This document shows, piece after piece, positions 45,639-46,808 of a DNA stretch of 46,808 nucleotides (the first letter of the stretch is position 1; each line of letters begins with the position of its first letter). The notes under the pieces are model-generated. The model saw nothing but the letters and a program-made list of their open reading frames with translations. It did not search any database and was not told the DNA's origin. The translations under genes and the position numbers were made by a program. Source of the DNA: an uncultured Anaerolineales bacterium (GTDB taxonomy: Bacteria; Chloroflexota; Anaerolineae; Anaerolineales; UBA6663); NCBI GenBank assembly GCA_964449185.1, contig CAYUYN010000002.1, positions 1 to 46,808 of the forward strand, given 5' to 3'.

Positions 45639-46808
45639 ATGAGCAAGCTCTACTATTCCGAAATGGGCCACGTCCTGCCCACGCTGAGCGAAGAGCTGAC
45701 CAACTGCCAGCGAGCGCGCAAGGTCCTGGACCTGCCTGGCACCCGGGCGCCGGCGACGCTCTACGTGCTGGCGCAGCCCTACGCCGGCAGCGATGTGCCG
45801 TTGCGCGCTTCCGTCAACGGCGTCGAGATCGATCCCATCCCGCCCACCGCGGTCAAGGCGCAGACCTGGTACCAGGTCACGCTGCCGCCCACCTTGCTCC
45901 GGGCCGGCCCTAACACATTTGAATTCTGAAACGACGCCGCGGCCATGGATGCCTGGTCGCTCGCCATCGAGGGCTGAGGGCGCGATCCCGCCATCTACCT
46001 GAACGACGACGGCGGCCTGAACTGGCGCAACGAAAAGATGGGCTACCTCAACATCCTATCGGGCGAGTACGTCGTCCGCGTGCGGCTGGAAGAGGGCGAA
46101 GACCCGCCCCCGCCCGCCTTCGTCTGGGAGAACCCGCGCAGCACGCGCCTGGCGCAGTTGCGCCAACGTCTGCCGGCGGCCGCGCTGAGCGCCGGCTCAC
46201 AGATGGAACGCGTGCGCGCGCTTACGCACTGGCTGAGCACAAGCTGGCAGCACACTGATGCCCTCAAAGCGCAGCAGTATGCGCCCTGGGACGCCGAGAC
46301 GATCCTATCCTGGGGGCGCGTGCGCACCGGCCAGGATGGCCGGCTGCCGATCGTCATGTGCGTGCACTACGGGGCGGCCTTCGTCAGTTGCGCCCAGGCG
46401 GCCGGCCTGGCGGCGCGCAGCGTGATCACCGCCGATACCATCAACGGCTACAATGGGCACTTTGTCACCGAGGCCTGGTTTGATGATTACGGCAAGTGGG
46501 TGCTGGTCGATCCCAACCTGGACGCCATCTTCCGCAAGGGCGGCGTCCCGCTCTCGGCGCGCGAGGTCCAGGCAGCCGGCTCCGGCTTGAGCGAATTGGT
46601 GGAGTGGGGGCGGGGAACTGAATTCCAGCGCCGCTACCCGCACATAGAAGCCTTTGTGCAGGCAACCTACCTGACCGGGCTGTGGATCCGCAGCCGCAGC
46701 AATTGGGCGCGGGCGGATTTCCTCTCCCGGCCAGACCTGACGCCGCCCGGGCACGGCATGACCGCCTACTGCGAAACCAGCCTGGTGTGGGACGCGGACC
46801 TGCGCTCG
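45639..46808 (+). pseudogene. Transglutaminase-like cysteine-protease-fold protein, one continuous frame interrupted by in-frame TGA at 45927-45929 and 45975-45977 (3' end off window)
   Basis: The track lists only 45639-45929 (96 aa). The same frame, by my translation, continues ...NTFEF*NDAAAMDAWSLAIEG*GRDPAIYLNDDGGLNW... and stays open to 46808. It contains the transglutaminase core Cys/His/Asp contexts IVMCVHYGAAFVSCAQAAGLAARSV, NGHFVTEAWF and KWVLVDPN. Alternative reading: a 96-aa gene plus a separate gene starting at ATG 46038. Confidence 0.55.

Noticed and set aside
45927-45977. Selenocysteine or alternative genetic code as an explanation for the two in-frame TGAs
   Set aside because: TGA clearly terminates many well-supported genes in this window, so it is not reassigned. 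I saw no convincing stem-loop immediately downstream of either TGA and no selenoprotein-type Cys context. I kept this only as a low-probability alternative within the finding.
1-46808. Search for CRISPR arrays, tRNA/rRNA genes, IS elements, integrases, prophage genes, toxin-antitoxin pairs or known defence-system hallmarks (nucleases, helicases, reverse transcriptases, STAND/AAA ATPases)
   Set aside because: I found no direct-repeat arrays, no tRNA-like or rRNA-like segments, and no ORF with transposase, recombinase, nuclease or helicase motifs. The window reads as a metabolic island rather than a mobile or defence island.

Overview
GC-rich bacterial chromosomal segment that uses Shine-Dalgarno sites. 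I could not assign taxonomy. The family mix (CUT1-type sugar ABC importer without its own ATPase, Tat/lipobox binding protein, ROK regulator, YesL/DUF624 membrane protein) fits a monoderm-type lineage such as Chloroflexota or Actinomycetota. I saw no rRNA, tRNA, CRISPR array, IS/transposase, integrase or phage genes.

The window is a carbohydrate and sugar-acid utilisation island with three parts.

(1) Positions 1-23476, minus strand: about 17 co-directional, tightly packed genes. They encode a solute-binding protein, two permeases, an atypical SDR, two clan GH-D-like glycosidases, a 560-aa unknown, an alpha/beta hydrolase, an SGNH-esterase fusion, a CN-hydrolase, a 1105-aa signal-less FG-GAP protein, a CE4-like deacetylase, a DegT-type aminotransferase, an isochorismatase-like hydrolase, a second CE4, a second CN-hydrolase and a Gfo/Idh/MocA oxidoreductase.

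(2) Positions 23904-35346, plus strand: a lactonase-like amidohydrolase, an enolase-superfamily dehydratase, a 465-aa unknown, two tandem epimerase-like SDRs, a 929-aa unknown and a Gfo/Idh/MocA-like gene. These are followed by a divergent GroEL-like chaperonin paralog that appears to have lost key ATPase residues, and directly after it a BNR/Asp-box beta-propeller.

(3) Positions 35562-46808: a ROK regulator, a YesL-like membrane protein, and a second sugar-acid module (isochorismatase-like, Gfo/Idh/MocA, DHDPS-family aldolase/dehydratase, enolase-superfamily dehydratase, beta-hydroxyacid dehydrogenase). After these come a frameshifted M20 peptidase, an unknown, an SDR, and a transglutaminase-like gene interrupted by two in-frame TGA codons.

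Most striking are the GroEL-like/propeller pair and the large minus-strand operon, whose combination of activities I cannot map to a described pathway. All functional calls rest on motif recognition by eye. No searches were run.
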